DNA of 64,000 bases, from assembly GCF_018977255.1 (NCBI RefSeq), contig NW_024704742.1, forward strand, positions 103,294,001-103,358,000, read 5' to 3'. The translations under genes were made by a program, and so were the position numbers. The notes beneath the pieces are model-generated. The model was given only the letters and a program-made list of their open reading frames with translations, had not been told where the DNA came from and searched no databases. The DNA comes from Callorhinchus milii. Taxonomy: Eukaryota. Numbering within the stretch: the stretch's first letter is position 1; each line of letters begins with the position of its first letter. This document shows, one piece after another, positions 13,890 through 25,964 of the stretch.

Positions 13890-14090
13890 TATAATCCTTG
13901 GATTTGATATTGCACCTTCTATGTCAGGAGGGCATCTCAAAGTGCTTCACAGGATTGTTACTGTAATTTGGGATGACTGTGTATTTTGTAGGGTAATGAG
14001 GTAACCAATGTCTCACAAACAGTCATGAAGTGAATAACCAATGTTACTTACGGAATTGTTGGTTAGGAGAAACTCTTTTTTTCAAATTGC
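13890..14090 (-). mobile_element. Deu-type SINE 3' part
   Basis: ATAATCCTTGGATTTGATAT...CTCAAAGTGCTTCACAG...TGAAGTGAATAACCA...GGAGAAACTCT. Confidence 0.7.
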
Positions 14091-14150
14091 ATCTTTTGAG
14101 AGTTTCTCCTAACCAACAATTCCGCAGGTAACATTGGTCATTCACTTCAT
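14025..14150. repeat. Hairpin/palindrome, 52-bp arms with 22-nt spacer
   Basis: 14025-14076 vs reverse complement of 14099-14150 match at 49/52. Confidence 0.95.
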
Positions 14151-14329
14151 ATGTGGTGGGGCAGTTGCCAAAGAACAGAAGCACAATAAGCTGTGTCTCC
14201 CCAAACAATGTGAGGAATGTGATATAAACCTTAATGGACCTGTCCTCAAAAGGAGGTGACAAGTGTAGCAATCAGATGTGTTATGTCAACATGCTATCAT
14301 TCATACCATATTCAAATGTGTCAGAAAGA

Positions 14330-14810
14330 AACAAAACTTGGATTTTTATTGCACCTTAACACATCCAACAGCTCAAAGTGCTTTATGGGAATTAATGTCA
14401 AGTGAAGTAACTTTTTTGGATGCAAATATGGAAGTCATTTAGTGCACACAAAGTACTACAAGATTTACAGTGTATTCTGTGAAGGGCTTTGAGAAGTCTC
14501 AAAGATGCGATAAGACGCTATATCAAATGCAAGGATTATTATTAATTGCCCAAAAAATATACAGTCAATTCACTTTAGAATATATTCTATGAAGCGCTTT
14601 GAGATGTCTAGAAGATATGAAAAGCGCTAATATCAAATGCAAGGATTATTATTATATTTATTATTACAAACAAGCATCATTGGCCAGGACAACAGGAGGA
14701 GTTTCCTGTCATTTTCAGTGTCATGGGATTTTTAACATCCACCTGGAGAGGCAAACAGGACCTTGACTTAATAACTCACATGAATACTTGCATCTCAGAT
14801 AATGCAAGGA
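14330..14810 (-). mobile_element. Old Deu SINE interrupted by two tandem plus-strand SINE tails (about 14463-14545 and 14548-14665)
   Basis: Deu core GTGTCATGGGATTTTTAACATCCACCTG at about 14718; two CTGTGAAG...AAATGCAAGGATTATTATT units in opposite orientation. Confidence 0.7.
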
Positions 14811-16039
14811 CCCTATCCCAAGCCACACATAGAGGGCAATAACAACCTCATTTACTCTATAGTACCTCTTGCCTCAGTTATTTGTAAGATGGTGAGATGG
14901 TTATTAGTGAGTCTGGATTGTCAACCCAGACTATAAGGTCATCTTCTGGGATAAGTCCATCATTCAGATATGCTTTGCCAAAGACCTGATGTTCTGTTGC
15001 TGCCTCCAGCAGACACTGAGGGAACCACCACTTGAATTGGGTCTCCCCCTCCTCCTGCTTCATCTCATTTGCCTGCTGGCCTGGCAGCAAATTCCCTCGG
15101 AGGCAGACTAGAGGGTAAATGAGTCTGGTATTGTCCTCCATGCGCGTGTTAAGTATGCTGCAGGTGGATTGAAAGTGTTTTTTTAAATATATTTCATTGT
15201 TTATGCTGATATTGCTTAACATTTCCTTTTTTCAGATTTACTTAAATATTAATTTGTAATTGCAAAAATGACAGCAAGTGTTGATTCGATGATACTCTGC
15301 AATGTTGGATGCATTTTAATTTTACTGAGCAGCATCTTGCTTCAGGGCCTATTAACCATTTTGATTAAATGATGTGGGTTTGAAAGTGGCATTGGCAATC
15401 TTGATTTGATCCTACGCAGCATGAAAGATGTTTGGTAATGAATTTGTAGCAATTAAGTTACTTCCTACAAGCTGCAATTTAAAACATCAGCAAAGAACCT
15501 GTGCCAGGAAATTTCAGAGAATGCAAGAGCTCAGTGCAGAAAGGAGTATGCCAATCATTCTCACTATGGGATTTCTCCTTTAAATGAATTGTGAATTCAT
15601 CACCGGTCATGAAATGGGCTGAAGAGCAAGATATAAAATCAACAGTTTATTTTATAACATCTATAAGTATTATTTTTCTCAGGTGAGAGTGTCCCTGCAC
15701 AGATAATCTCGGGTTTGGGGTTTATTCCTTCCACACCATTATTATAATCACCTCTATCTTTCTAAAGCACATTTTCCCCATTTCATTTCATCCATGCTTT
15801 CGTAGACAGTTCATCGTTTGAACATTTGTGAACGTCCATAAAATGATTTTGAAAATATAATATTATTCTCCAGGCATTGCAAAGCACTTCCTACATGATA
15901 ACCCACTCTGTACTTTTCCATTTGTCTCTGAAATGCAGTTAAGAGTGTTCCTCAACTCAAATAGTATGATTCAAAATTGAAAAATCCTTTCTGGTATCTT
16001 AGTGCACCTAAAAGTGTTGTAGTTTATTTACTTTCTCAA

Positions 16040-16330
16040 ACCCATTTAAAATCTTGTGTAAGATGACTCATTTCAAGACTGAAGAGCCCCTAGCTTGTCT
16101 CAATGTTAATTATAGCTCATTTATATTTCATTGCTCTAAGACAGGGGATCAACCCTGAGCACTGTCCACAGTGCACTGTCTATATGACTTGGACTTCCCT
16201 TTTTATCGCTGAGACCAAAATTGTACAGTTCTCCAGGTGCAGTCTGACTAGAGCACTATACAGTTTGAGTATGATGGCTGACTTTGTCCACAGCTATCAG
16301 AGTGCCCTTGATCACGCCTTTTCTTGGTAT
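16040..16330 (-). mobile_element. Old CR1 ORF2 fragment
   Basis: TGTACAGTTCTCCAGGTGCAGTCTGACTAGAGCACTATA reads on the minus strand as a YSALVRLHLENC motif (CR1 LVRPHLEYC). Confidence 0.55.
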
Positions 16331-16823
16331 TATGTAAGCTCGGTGCCCACCAGTTGACTGTCACAGTGAGAAACCCCGGGAGGAGGATCAATGGCTTCCT
16401 CTAACAAATACACATAATAAGAGTGGGAGGTTTTAATTCCCTGACTGCTGATCAGCTTTTTTTTATCTAATGTGCAATTTAGATTAACTAACGTTCCAAT
16501 TTTCAATAGAAAGCTTCCTAGAATCATCTTGCTTGCAAAAATCTAAAGCCAACCATTGCTTATTAAGGAGGCTTGCCCTACAAATCATCCCCAAACAGGA
16601 TAGGATGTTGTCAAGTTATCGGAGGACACATATGAAATTCAAATAAAAGTTTGAAAAATACCCAATACTTTATTTAAAAGAATACTAAAGATACCAAAGA
16701 TCATGAAAAATAAAAACACTGTAAGAGGAAGGTGATGATGGTGACATTTCAATTTCAATTGTTTAAATCAAATTCAATCAATTATGTTGTGCATCCAATT
16801 ACCACATCCTCTGCATCTAGCCT

Positions 16824-16960
16824 AACATAAGAACGTAAGAATTAGGAGCAGGAGTAGGCTATTCGGCCCCTCGAGCCTGCCCCGCCATTTGATAAGATCA
16901 TGGCTGATCTTCTGACCTAACTCTAATTACCTGCCTTAATCCCCATATCTCCTAATCCCT
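16824..16960 (-). mobile_element. CR1 LINE 3'UTR
   Basis: AACATAAGAACGTAAGAATTAGGAGCAGGAGTAGGCTATTCGGCCCCTCGAGCCTGCCCCGCCA; same family as the end at 20480-20576. Confidence 0.9.
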
Positions 16961-17159
16961 CAAGGGTATTGCTCTCAGAGCATTATACAGCTTGAGTATG
17001 GGTACTTGAGTACTTTGATTACAGCTATCAAAGTACCTTTTATCACACCTTTTTAGTGACCTTTTGGTCAGGTTTTTGATCAAAATCCCACAATAACTGT
17101 TCTAATAAATTAGAGATATTGAGGTTAAACTCAGGATATGAATTTATAAAGGCTAAGAT

Positions 17160-17410
17160 GATACTCCAATGCAGTGCTGGGGTGTATTGCATTGTCAGAT
17201 GTGCGTACTTCGGATGAAATGCTCAGAGGGACGTTAAAGATCCAATGGCACTATTCGAAAAGAGAAGGGAGTTTCTCTCCCAGTGTCCTGGCCAACAATT
17301 CCCCTAATAAAATTGTTCATTCATTTGATGGTTGTTTGTAGGACATTGCTGCGCGCAATTGTGCTACGACGTTTACATACAAATACATTCACTCCATCAC
17401 ACAGTAAATC
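17160..17410 (+). mobile_element. Deu-domain SINE fragment
   Basis: CTCCAATGCAGTGCTG...TGTCAGATGTGC...GGACGTTAAAGATCCAATGGCACTATTCGAA...GTGTCCTGGCCAAC. Confidence 0.8.
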
Positions 17411-18185
17411 CTTCCAATGTGATAAGTCATAGTTCAAATCATTCATGCAAAAGTTGCTGTTGCAATTATTAAACTGACTGCTGGCATCTTTAATTTTTTT
17501 GCTTCATAATTCATGTTGGTGCAGTGATGGTTTGAAGATCATTGGATTAACTCACTTTGAAAGTTAAAATGATCACATCACGTACTCCATTTTTCACCTC
17601 AATTATTTTACAGGAAGTCAAATTGAAGGTTCCCTGATCAGCATTCATTATAGGTCAGAGTCCACATTATTACATTAAAGCTTTAAATTGTTTCACCATA
17701 AGTATATTTCACAAGGATGGTTGAATATACATGTACTTTGTCCTTGCATTGGTTGGAGGTAAAGCTTCTATAAAAACCCTTTCAGAACATCCCATGTGAT
17801 ATCCTGCAGAATTATTGCATCAGTTAATAGTTTCGTCAATGATAGCTGCTTAACAGAAAATAACATAAGAAAGAATTTACATTTCATTAGCACCTTTTGA
17901 AGTCAGATTGTCTGAAAGCGCTTTGCAAGTAATTATGGTAGCAAGTTACACTGCAGTTTATAATAATAATAATCTTTGCATTTGATATAGTGCCTTTTCC
18001 ACCAGGAGGATGTCTCAGAGTGCCTCACATTATTTAATGTAAAGTGTAGTGACTGTGTATTCATAGGTCTGTGCCTTAAGCCTTAAATTATGTTATGTTA
18101 TGTCACTGTGAGCTGAGTAATCTGGAGGATTATTGGCCAGGACACAAAGACAAAAAATACTGGTGGCTACTTTCAATCACTTTGA

Positions 18186-18537
18186 AATCGATTGACGGAT
18201 CGCTTTCCGGACGTAATAACCCCTTAAAAAAAATTAATAAATAATAAATTAAATAATAATAATTTGGTCAATCAATCCATGACTGCTGTGCGCAATTACC
18301 TGCCGCGATTTGCCCCCAGAATATACAGTCAATTCACTTTACAGTATATTCTGTGAAGCGCTTTGAGATGTCTAGAAGACGTGATAATTTTACCTTTCCC
18401 CCTACCCCTGGCTCGGCCTTGGGCTCCACCATTGTTAAGCACCCTGAGACGCCGCCTGGAGTGGAGGGTGCTATATAAGTGCAAGTTGTTGTTGTTGATA
18501 ATTCGCTATATCAAGTGCAAGGATTATTATTATTTTA
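18186..18537 (+). mobile_element. 5'-truncated tRNA-SINE carrying an L2 tail insertion at 18390-18495
   Basis: SINE body and tail are split; TGATAATT is duplicated at 18382-18389 and 18496-18503. Confidence 0.85.
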
Positions 18538-18723
18538 TGATAAAATAACATTCCTCACATTTGATAGCATTGAAATGTCTCCAAGGGTTTTGCAGCGCTT
18601 TTAGGTAAAGTGTAGCGAGTGGTATTCTTACCTTGGTGTGACAAGATCCTTTTAATATAGGAGGAAAGCTGTTCTTTGCCCTTCTTCTTCCCCCATTTCC
18701 CCTGCCACCCTTTCATTACAATC

Positions 18724-20576
18724 ATAACTATTGTAAAAGTTTTTACAAATACATTAAGAGGTATAGGCTAGTGAGGGTAAATATAGGTCTACTTCAGTCA
18801 GAGATGGGAGAAGTTGTAATGGGGGATAAGGACATGGCAGAGTCACTAAATGGGTACTTTGCATCTGTCTTCACCCTAGAAGACACCACAAGTCTGCCAA
18901 CGATAGAGATGCACCAAAGGGATAAGGACAGGGAACAACTTAGGGAAATTTTCATTAGTAGAGAATTGGTGCTAGGGAAACTGTTAGCACTAAAAAGTGA
19001 CAAATCCCCTGGTCTGGATGGCTTACATCCCAGGGTTTTAAAAGAGGTAGCTTATGAGATAGTGGAGGCCTTGTGTCTGATCTTCCAAAATTCCTTGGAT
19101 TCTGGAACAGTCCCGATGGATTGGAAGATCGCAAATGTCACACCACTATTTAAAAAAGGCGGAAAGGAAAAAATGGGGAACTATAGGGCAGTTTGTCTCA
19201 CATCATTGATTAAGGATGTGGTAGTGCAGTATTTAGAGGAGCACAATATAATTGGCCAAGTCAACATGGCTTTACAAAAGGGAAGTCATGTTTGACAAAT
19301 CTCATAGAATTTTTTGAGGATATTTCGAGTAAACTAGATAAGGGTGAATCAGTGGATGTGATCTATTTGGACTTCCAGAAAGCATTAGATAAGGTGCCGC
19401 ATAAAAGGTTAGTCCAAAAGATAGGGGCCCATGGAATGGGGGGAGCATATTAACGTGGATTGGGGAATGGTTAACCGGTAGGAAACAAAGAGTAGGGATA
19501 AACGGGTCCTTTTCAGATTGGCGGGACGTGACCAGTGGAGTGCCACAAGGATCAGTCCTTGGGCCTCAGCTATTTACTATCTACATCAACGATCTAGATG
19601 AGGACATTGAAGTTAATATATCTAAATTCGCGGATGACACAAAACTAGGAGGAAGTGTCAACACAGAGGATGACATTTAAAAAAAATGCAGCACGACATA
19701 GATAGGTTAGGTGATTGGGTAGGTAGGTGGCAGATGAAGTATAATGTAGGGAAGTGCGAAGTCATCCACCTAGGTAGCAAAAATAGTAGAGCGGGTTATT
19801 TTTTAGAAGGGGAGAGATTAGAATGTGTTAGCGTCCAGAGGGACTTGGGTGTCCTTGTACACCAATCACAGAAAGTTAGTCTGCAGGTGCAGCAGCAATT
19901 AGGAAGGCGAACGGTATGTTAGCATTCATTATGAAAGGATTAGAGTATAAGAGTAGGGAAGTCTTGCTGCAACTGTATAGGGCCCTGGTGAGACCACACC
20001 TGGAATACTGTGTCCAGTTTTGGTCTCTTCATTTAAGGAAGGATGTACTTGCATTGGAGGGGGTGCAGCGTAGATTTACTAGGTTAGTGCCAGGGATGAA
20101 GGGGATGAGTTACGAGGATAGGCTGACCAATTTGGGCCTATATTCTCTAGAATATAGAAGAATTAGAGGGGATCTTATAGAAACCTATAAGATCATCAAA
20201 GGGCATGATAGAGTAGATAGTGGGAGATTGTTTCCCCTGGTTGGAGAAACTAAAACCAGGGGTCACAACCTTAAAATCAGAGGCCAGCCCTTTCGCACTG
20301 AGTTGAGGAAAAACTTCTTCACTCAAAGGGGGTGAATGTATGGAACTCATTACCCCAAAGGGCTGCTGACGCTCAGTCCTTGAATATATTCAAGACTGAG
20401 ATGGATATATTTATTGCAAAAGGGATTAAGGGATATGGGGATAAAGCAGGGTTATGGTATTAGCTGGAGTTAGATTAGAAGATCAGCCATGATTGAATGA
20501 CGGGGCAGGCTCGAAGGGCCGAATGGTCTATTCCTGCTCCTACATGTTATGTTTTGTTATGTCATGTTATGTTATG
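18724..20576 (+). mobile_element. CR1 LINE, 5'-truncated, ORF2 (reverse transcriptase) disrupted
   Basis: [57 protein letters not shown] spread over several frames; 3'UTR and (ATGTT)n-like tail. Confidence 0.97.
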
Positions 20577-21421
20577 AGTCTGAAATTGTAAGCAAGGTCA
20601 GAGATGAATGTGGCTCAGTACAAAAGGAACAGAACTAAAGCAGCCACAATCTTGAGAGTCACAGTCACGCTCTCTGTTATGTGCTGCAAAGAAAAGTAAA
20701 AAGCCTTGAAATTTCAGAGGCTTTGATGATTGATGCTACTCAGCTATCCTAACATAATAGCAGCTTCTAGTCAGGAAAATGAATTCTTCATTGTCTGGAC
20801 AGTTATTTCATGTATCTTGAGTGCTGAGAAGTACTTTCCAAATTGTTGGATTGCCTTTAAAATATTAGTCTGGTTTAGGTGGGATTTGAAGTTATATAAA
20901 AGCAATGAGGTTTGATCAGCAGCAAATTTGGGAGGAATTCTTTTTCCACAAGTCATCTGAACAGATTCCATCAGTTTTCGATAACTAGCGCTGAAGAGAT
21001 AGATGTGTCAATTCTCAGAGTTGGCAGTCCATTACCTAATGCTGAAGGAAAAACGCGATCTGGCATATATTTGCTCCATTAATCTTTCCTTTTCCACAAT
21101 CTTACAAAGTGTATATTCTCTTTGGGAATGCTTCCTCTACCCACTTCACTTCAACCACAATCATTATTCTTATATACATACTTAGGGGTAGAAATTCCAT
21201 CCACTACATAACAAATGTGAAATAAATTGGTAACATAATCTGGGGAGTAAAACAAAAATGGACATGCAAAATTGCTGCGAGATTTAGTGTGAGTTTCTTT
21301 TCCTATTGAACTGAATTAAGCAGACAATCCATTATTAATTAACTTTGGGAAGCATGAACATTTTACCTTTATTTCTCTGTTCCATTCCCATCCCATTCTG
21401 GTCCACATCTTTACCTTAGAG

Positions 21422-21645
21422 CGGTGATCGCCAACCTTTATGGTCGGCCAACCAAATACATTTTTCTTTATTGAATCTTTCTTCATTTATGTCCAAGGCA
21501 CAGGTATCGGGGCTCAGTAACTATTCTAAACAAGCTGTTGGTTTGGTGCAGACCTTCCTGGGTTGGTATGGGTATTCGGCAAACCACTTCTTGACGCCCC
21601 TCTGTGGGCCAAAAATGGCCTGGGGCCCTGGATTGGTGATCATTG
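21422..21645. mobile_element. Putative non-autonomous hAT (Charlie-like) MITE
   Basis: Imperfect TIRs CGGTGATCGCCAACC / GATTGGTGATCATTG; 8-bp flanks CCTTAGAG / CCTTATGG (6/8 identical). Confidence 0.55.
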
Positions 21646-21664
21646 CCTTATGGATTATAACAAT

Positions 21665-22320
21665 CTTTCCCTCCCCTCTCAGCATTCCGAAGGGCCATTC
21701 CCTCTGTGACTCCCTGTTTCATTCCTCCATCACCACCAACAGGTTGCCAAACACCTCCACAAGCACAATTCCGAGCTTCCGGTTTCTTCCCACTTCAACT
21801 CTCCCTCCCACTCACACTCTGGCCTCTCCATCCATGGTCTACTACCCCGTTCTAATGAGGAACAGCACCTTATTTATCTACTAGAGACATTACAGCCCTC
21901 TGGCCTCAATATTGATTTCAACCATAACAGCTCAACTTCTCCCTACCCCTCTTCTGTTACCATTACCACATCATCGGGTCCCAGACACACCTTTTCTCTT
22001 TCTGGTCTGTCTATTTTGTTGCAATTTTTCTCCCCCTTGTTTTTCATTATTAACACCTCTATTCCTCTGTTTGTTGCAAACCCACCACTTTGTTTTGCAT
22101 CATTAACATCTCTTTAACCCATCATCCACTGTTCACTACCCCACTTTCTCTTTTGTCTTCCTTGCCCTGCCTCCCCCCTCTCTGTTAGCTCTTAAAAGCC
22201 TCTCCCTCCCAATATGCCCCAGTTCTGACGAATGGTCATGGACCTGAAATGTTGACTCACTTTCCTTTCTCCACAGATGCTGCCTGACCTGCTGAGTGTT
22301 CCCAGTGACTTCTGTTTTTT
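21665..22320 (+). mobile_element. Penelope-like element 3' fragment (GIY-YIG C-terminus remnant and 3'UTR)
   Basis: HSLCDSLFHSS, HFNSPSHSHS, EEQHLIYLL remnants; colinear with the reverse complement of 30268-31225. Confidence 0.85.
22221..22257 (+). ncRNA. Minimal type-I hammerhead ribozyme motif (degenerate)
   Basis: AGTT-CTGACGA-atGGTCatgGACCt-GAAA-TGTT-GACT: both core boxes, stem II, and a 4-bp stem I. Confidence 0.55.
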
Positions 22321-22519
22321 ATAACAATAGAATACAAATTTACATTTATATGGCATCTTTCACATCAGAGGATGCCAAAAGTGGTTGACATACTGGCACC
22401 CGAGCTAAGAATAGGATTTGAGAGGAGCAGGGACAGGAAGAGTGACCAAAAGTGTGGTCAACATTGGTGTAGTTGTCATCTCTGCTTGGAATTTTGAAAT
22501 CAAATTGGACATGAACTGG

Positions 22520-22596
22520 ATAGCTCTTTTCAAAGAGCCAGCACAGACACGATGTGCCAAATGGCCTCGTTCTGTGCTGTACAATTCTATGATTCT
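22520..22596 (+). mobile_element. CR1 3'UTR-only insertion
   Basis: CTCTTTTCAAAGAGCCAGCACAGACACGATGTGCCAAATGGCCT...ACAATTCTATGATTCT. Confidence 0.8.
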
Positions 22597-22705
22597 GCTG
22601 CCATCAGCTGTTCTCTCCGTCCACCTATCCCTGTACACTACCTTTTATAATGAAGAATCTTCCTCTGTGAAAAACAATGCAACAACAACAACAAAATTAC
22701 ATTTA

Positions 22706-23642
22706 CAATAACAACAACAAGATTCCATTTATAGAGCGCCTTTCACGTCGGGAGGACATCCCAAGGTGCTGGACCCGAGCACGGGGGAGGGGTGATGTAG
22801 GGGTGAGGGAAGGCAGAGAGGTAGGAGGGCGACCAAAGTCACGATTGAAGAGGAGGGTCTGGAGACCGGCCTTGAAGGAAGCAAGGGAGGAAGCGAGGCG
22901 AAGGTATCGCGGGATGGAGTTCCAGAACGTGGGGGCAGAGAGGCTGAAAGCCTGGCTACTGATGGTAGGGCGGGTCAGGCGGGAGACATGGAGCAGGCCG
23001 GAGCCCACTGAACGGAGGGAGCGGGCAGGTTGGTAGGGAGTCAGAGAGGTAGGAGGGGGCAAGGCCATGGATGGCCTTGAAAGTGAGGACGAGGATCTTG
23101 AATTCAATCCTCTGAGGGATGGGGAGCCAGTGGAGTCTGGCGAGGGTGGGAGTGATGGGGTCATGGAGCCTGGTGCGCAAGAGTACACAAGCTGCAGAGT
23201 TTAGTATGATCTGCAGCTTGTGAAGGGAAGAGTTGGGAAGGCCGATGAGGAGGGAGTTTCCGTAATCGAGCCTTTCCGTAATGTGACAAATGCATGGATA
23301 AGGGTTTCGGCAGCCTAAGGGTTGAAGCAGTGGCAGAGTCTGGCAATGTTGCGGAGGTGGTGGTAGGCAGTGCTGGTCATGGTGCGGATATGGTGGAGAA
23401 AGGACAGTTCAGGGTCAAACAAGACACCCAGGTTCTTGACTGGCTTAGTGAGGTTGAGTGTGCAGCCGTGGAGGCTGATGCCTCCAGCGCCCGAGGTGCG
23501 GAGGCGCTGGTGTGAGCCAATCAGGAAGGCCTCGGTCTTGCTGACGTCCAGTTGGGGAAAGTTGTCCCTTGTCCAGGACTTGATGTCGGACACACAGTCG
23601 GTCAGGACGCCAGTAGTCCTGGAGTTGAGGGTGGAGGCAGAT
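22706..23642 (-). mobile_element. L2 LINE, 5'-truncated
   Basis: LSDIKSW-like motif, [51 protein letters not shown]2 stem-loop and (GTT)n tail. Confidence 0.96.
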
Positions 23643-24006
23643 GCACTTAGATGCACTTCGAACCATTACTATTTGGTGCAACTAAAATGCACACATGTTG
23701 TCCGTGCTCCTTGATTCAAGTACAGTTTGTCAACCAGAGTTTCAAGCCATAGTATGCAGAAGTGACAGGACGTTGTTACAAGTTTGTATTGGATCTTATA
23801 TGGAGTGTTGCCAGTTTTGGCAATTCTAAAATTGTTTTCCAGGAATAGATTGATTCAATGAAGGCAAATTCTCTCTGTTCTTGACAAAGTTGGGGTCTAT
23901 GTTGTTCTCTTGCGGAAAGCATTGGTCCAAAATTCCACCAAGTTTCCTCCTGCAACAATATTTCCTACTGATATTTAAGATTGCCCAGTATACTGGAAAA
24001 TTGTTT

Positions 24007-24210
24007 CATAGAATTATAAAGAACATCACCCCTCCTGATCCCCTCTCCTCTACCCCTTTATTCCCTTCTCCCTGTATGTATCAAGTTTCCTCTTAAACAC
24101 GATGATGCTCTCTGCATCAACTGTAGGCTCCAGTATAACATTTACTTTCTCACCACCCTCTGCATAAAGAAGTTTCCCTGAACTCCCTTTTGGATCGGTT
24201 ACTGGTTATC
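24007..24210 (-). mobile_element. Old CR1 3' end
   Basis: CATAGAATTATA tail, CTCACCACCCTCTGCATAAAGAAG (FFMQRVVR on the minus strand). Confidence 0.6.
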
Positions 24211-24217
24211 GATTATC

Positions 24218-24588
24218 GGAGTCTTGTAGCTTAGTGGTTAGCGCACTTGTCTTGCAAACAAGAGGAATTGCATTTGATTCCCAGGCAGGGCGAAATGTTG
24301 GGCAAGTTTCCTTACTGCACATGCCTCTGTTTACCTAGGAGTAAGTAGGAACCCGGTTGTTATTCGATTGACAGATCGCTTTTCCTGGGGCAATAATCCC
24401 TTCAAAAAATAATAATACAAAAATAATAATAATAAAAAATAAGAAAATAATAATAAAAATAATAATTTGATCGCTCGATCCACTGCTGCGCGCAATTGGC
24501 TGCTGCTTTACAGTTTATTCTGTGAAGAAATTTAAGATGTCTCAAAGACGTGATAAGGCGCTGTATCAAATGCAAGGATTATTATTAT
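24218..24588 (+). mobile_element. Full-length tRNA-Ala-derived SINE, long variant
   Basis: GGAGTCTTGTAGCTTAGTGGTTAG head, middle block GCCTCTGTTTACCTAG..., A-rich linker, L2-type tail; possible TSD ATTATC. Confidence 0.92.
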
Positions 24589-25139
24589 CAACAAGGTTAA
24601 GAGGATTTCATTAGGAAGCAATGGGCTAATACAAACATTGCTGTATATATTCGGTTGATTGGGATGGAGATGTTGCACAGCAACAGGTTATGATTTTGCA
24701 TTGCAGGAGATGGGAATTGGCGGTGTTCGGAATAGATCCGATTACAGATTCTAACAGTGTAAAAGAACTGTACATGACCAGTTTAATACTCAATTTAGAG
24801 AATAAATAATTCCAATGAATGCTGAATTGCTTGTGATTTAGAACTTCTATAAATTCCTTAAATTAAATGTCATATCTGATTAATTGTGTCCATTGAATGG
24901 CGAACTCTTTCACTTGGTTTATAAATAATGGAGGCACTTTAGGTGCCGTAAAAGTCTTCATTACAATGTAGTTCTTCATATTTCAGCAGTAGTTGAGAAT
25001 TACAAAAGCTGTTTTTCAATAAAGCATGGTGCTTAATTAAAACAGTATTTACATCAACAGAATAGCAGCAGGATCCTCTGGCTGCTGTTGAAAATGGATA
25101 TAGCCAGCATTGCAGGGAATGTAAAGGCTCAGTACAAAA

Positions 25140-25795
25140 ACAACAACAACAACAAATTACATTTATTTAGCTCTTTTCATGTCAGAAGTAAGTCCCAAGG
25201 CATTGAACGGTGAAGGATTTGCAACCTGGAGTTGAAATCAAGACGAGTGGAGGGTAAAGAGGGGTGGGAGGGTGGCGGTGAAAGAAGAAGGTCTTGAAGG
25301 AAACAAAGGAGGGGGTGAGGGATTCCTAGTTCTAGAGGGTGGGTGCAGAAAAGCTGAAGGCCTGACTGCCAATGGTGGGGTGGGCAGGGCATGGGACATG
25401 GAGCAGGCCAGTACCTGCCGAGTGGAGGGAGCGGACAGGTTGGTTAAGAGGTCACAGAAGTAAGGAGGACTATGGCATGGAGGGCTTTAAAAGTGATAGG
25501 GGAGCTAGTGGAGCCAGGTGAGGATGGGGGTGATCGGTTCACGGAGCTTGGTACGGGAAAGGTCACAATCTGCAGGGATCTAAATAATCTGCAGCTTGTG
25601 GAGGAAAGAGTTGGAAAGTCCAGCATGCAGGGCATTAGTGTAGTCGAGCCTGGACGTGATGAATGCATGAATGAGGGTCTTGGTGGCCTGAGGAGAGAGG
25701 CAGTGGCGGAGGCGGGCAATGTTGTGGAAGTGGGGGATGGCAGAACATAGTGTGCGGTTTAAATATAGTTGAAGGTTGAACAGGACATCAAGGTT
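25140..25795 (-). mobile_element. L2 LINE 3' fragment
   Basis: FIHAFITSRLDYTNA-type motif on minus strand; (CAA)n tail at left. Confidence 0.88.
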
Positions 25796-25964
25796 CCATA
25801 CTACAGAGTAGTAAAATAAAAGTTATGTGTACAATGATATCACCACTCTACTCAGGCATTGTGAAAACATTTAAGGAAACAGGAATGCACAGTTTAAAAT
25901 ATTTGTAATATATTTAACATTATTACATTATTCGTGATGAACTCACTGATATTTCTATTAAGAG

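Noticed and set aside
22677..23714. Cluster of overlapping GC-rich ORFs on both strands (also 52878-54734 and 57253-58607)
   Set aside because: Alternative and antisense frames of C-rich L2 sequence
24406..24466. (AAT)n-like tracts here and at 33514-33552, plus many (CAA)n runs, as independent microsatellites or arrays
   Set aside because: They are SINE linkers or SINE and L2 tails; there is no repeat-spacer structure, so not CRISPR-like
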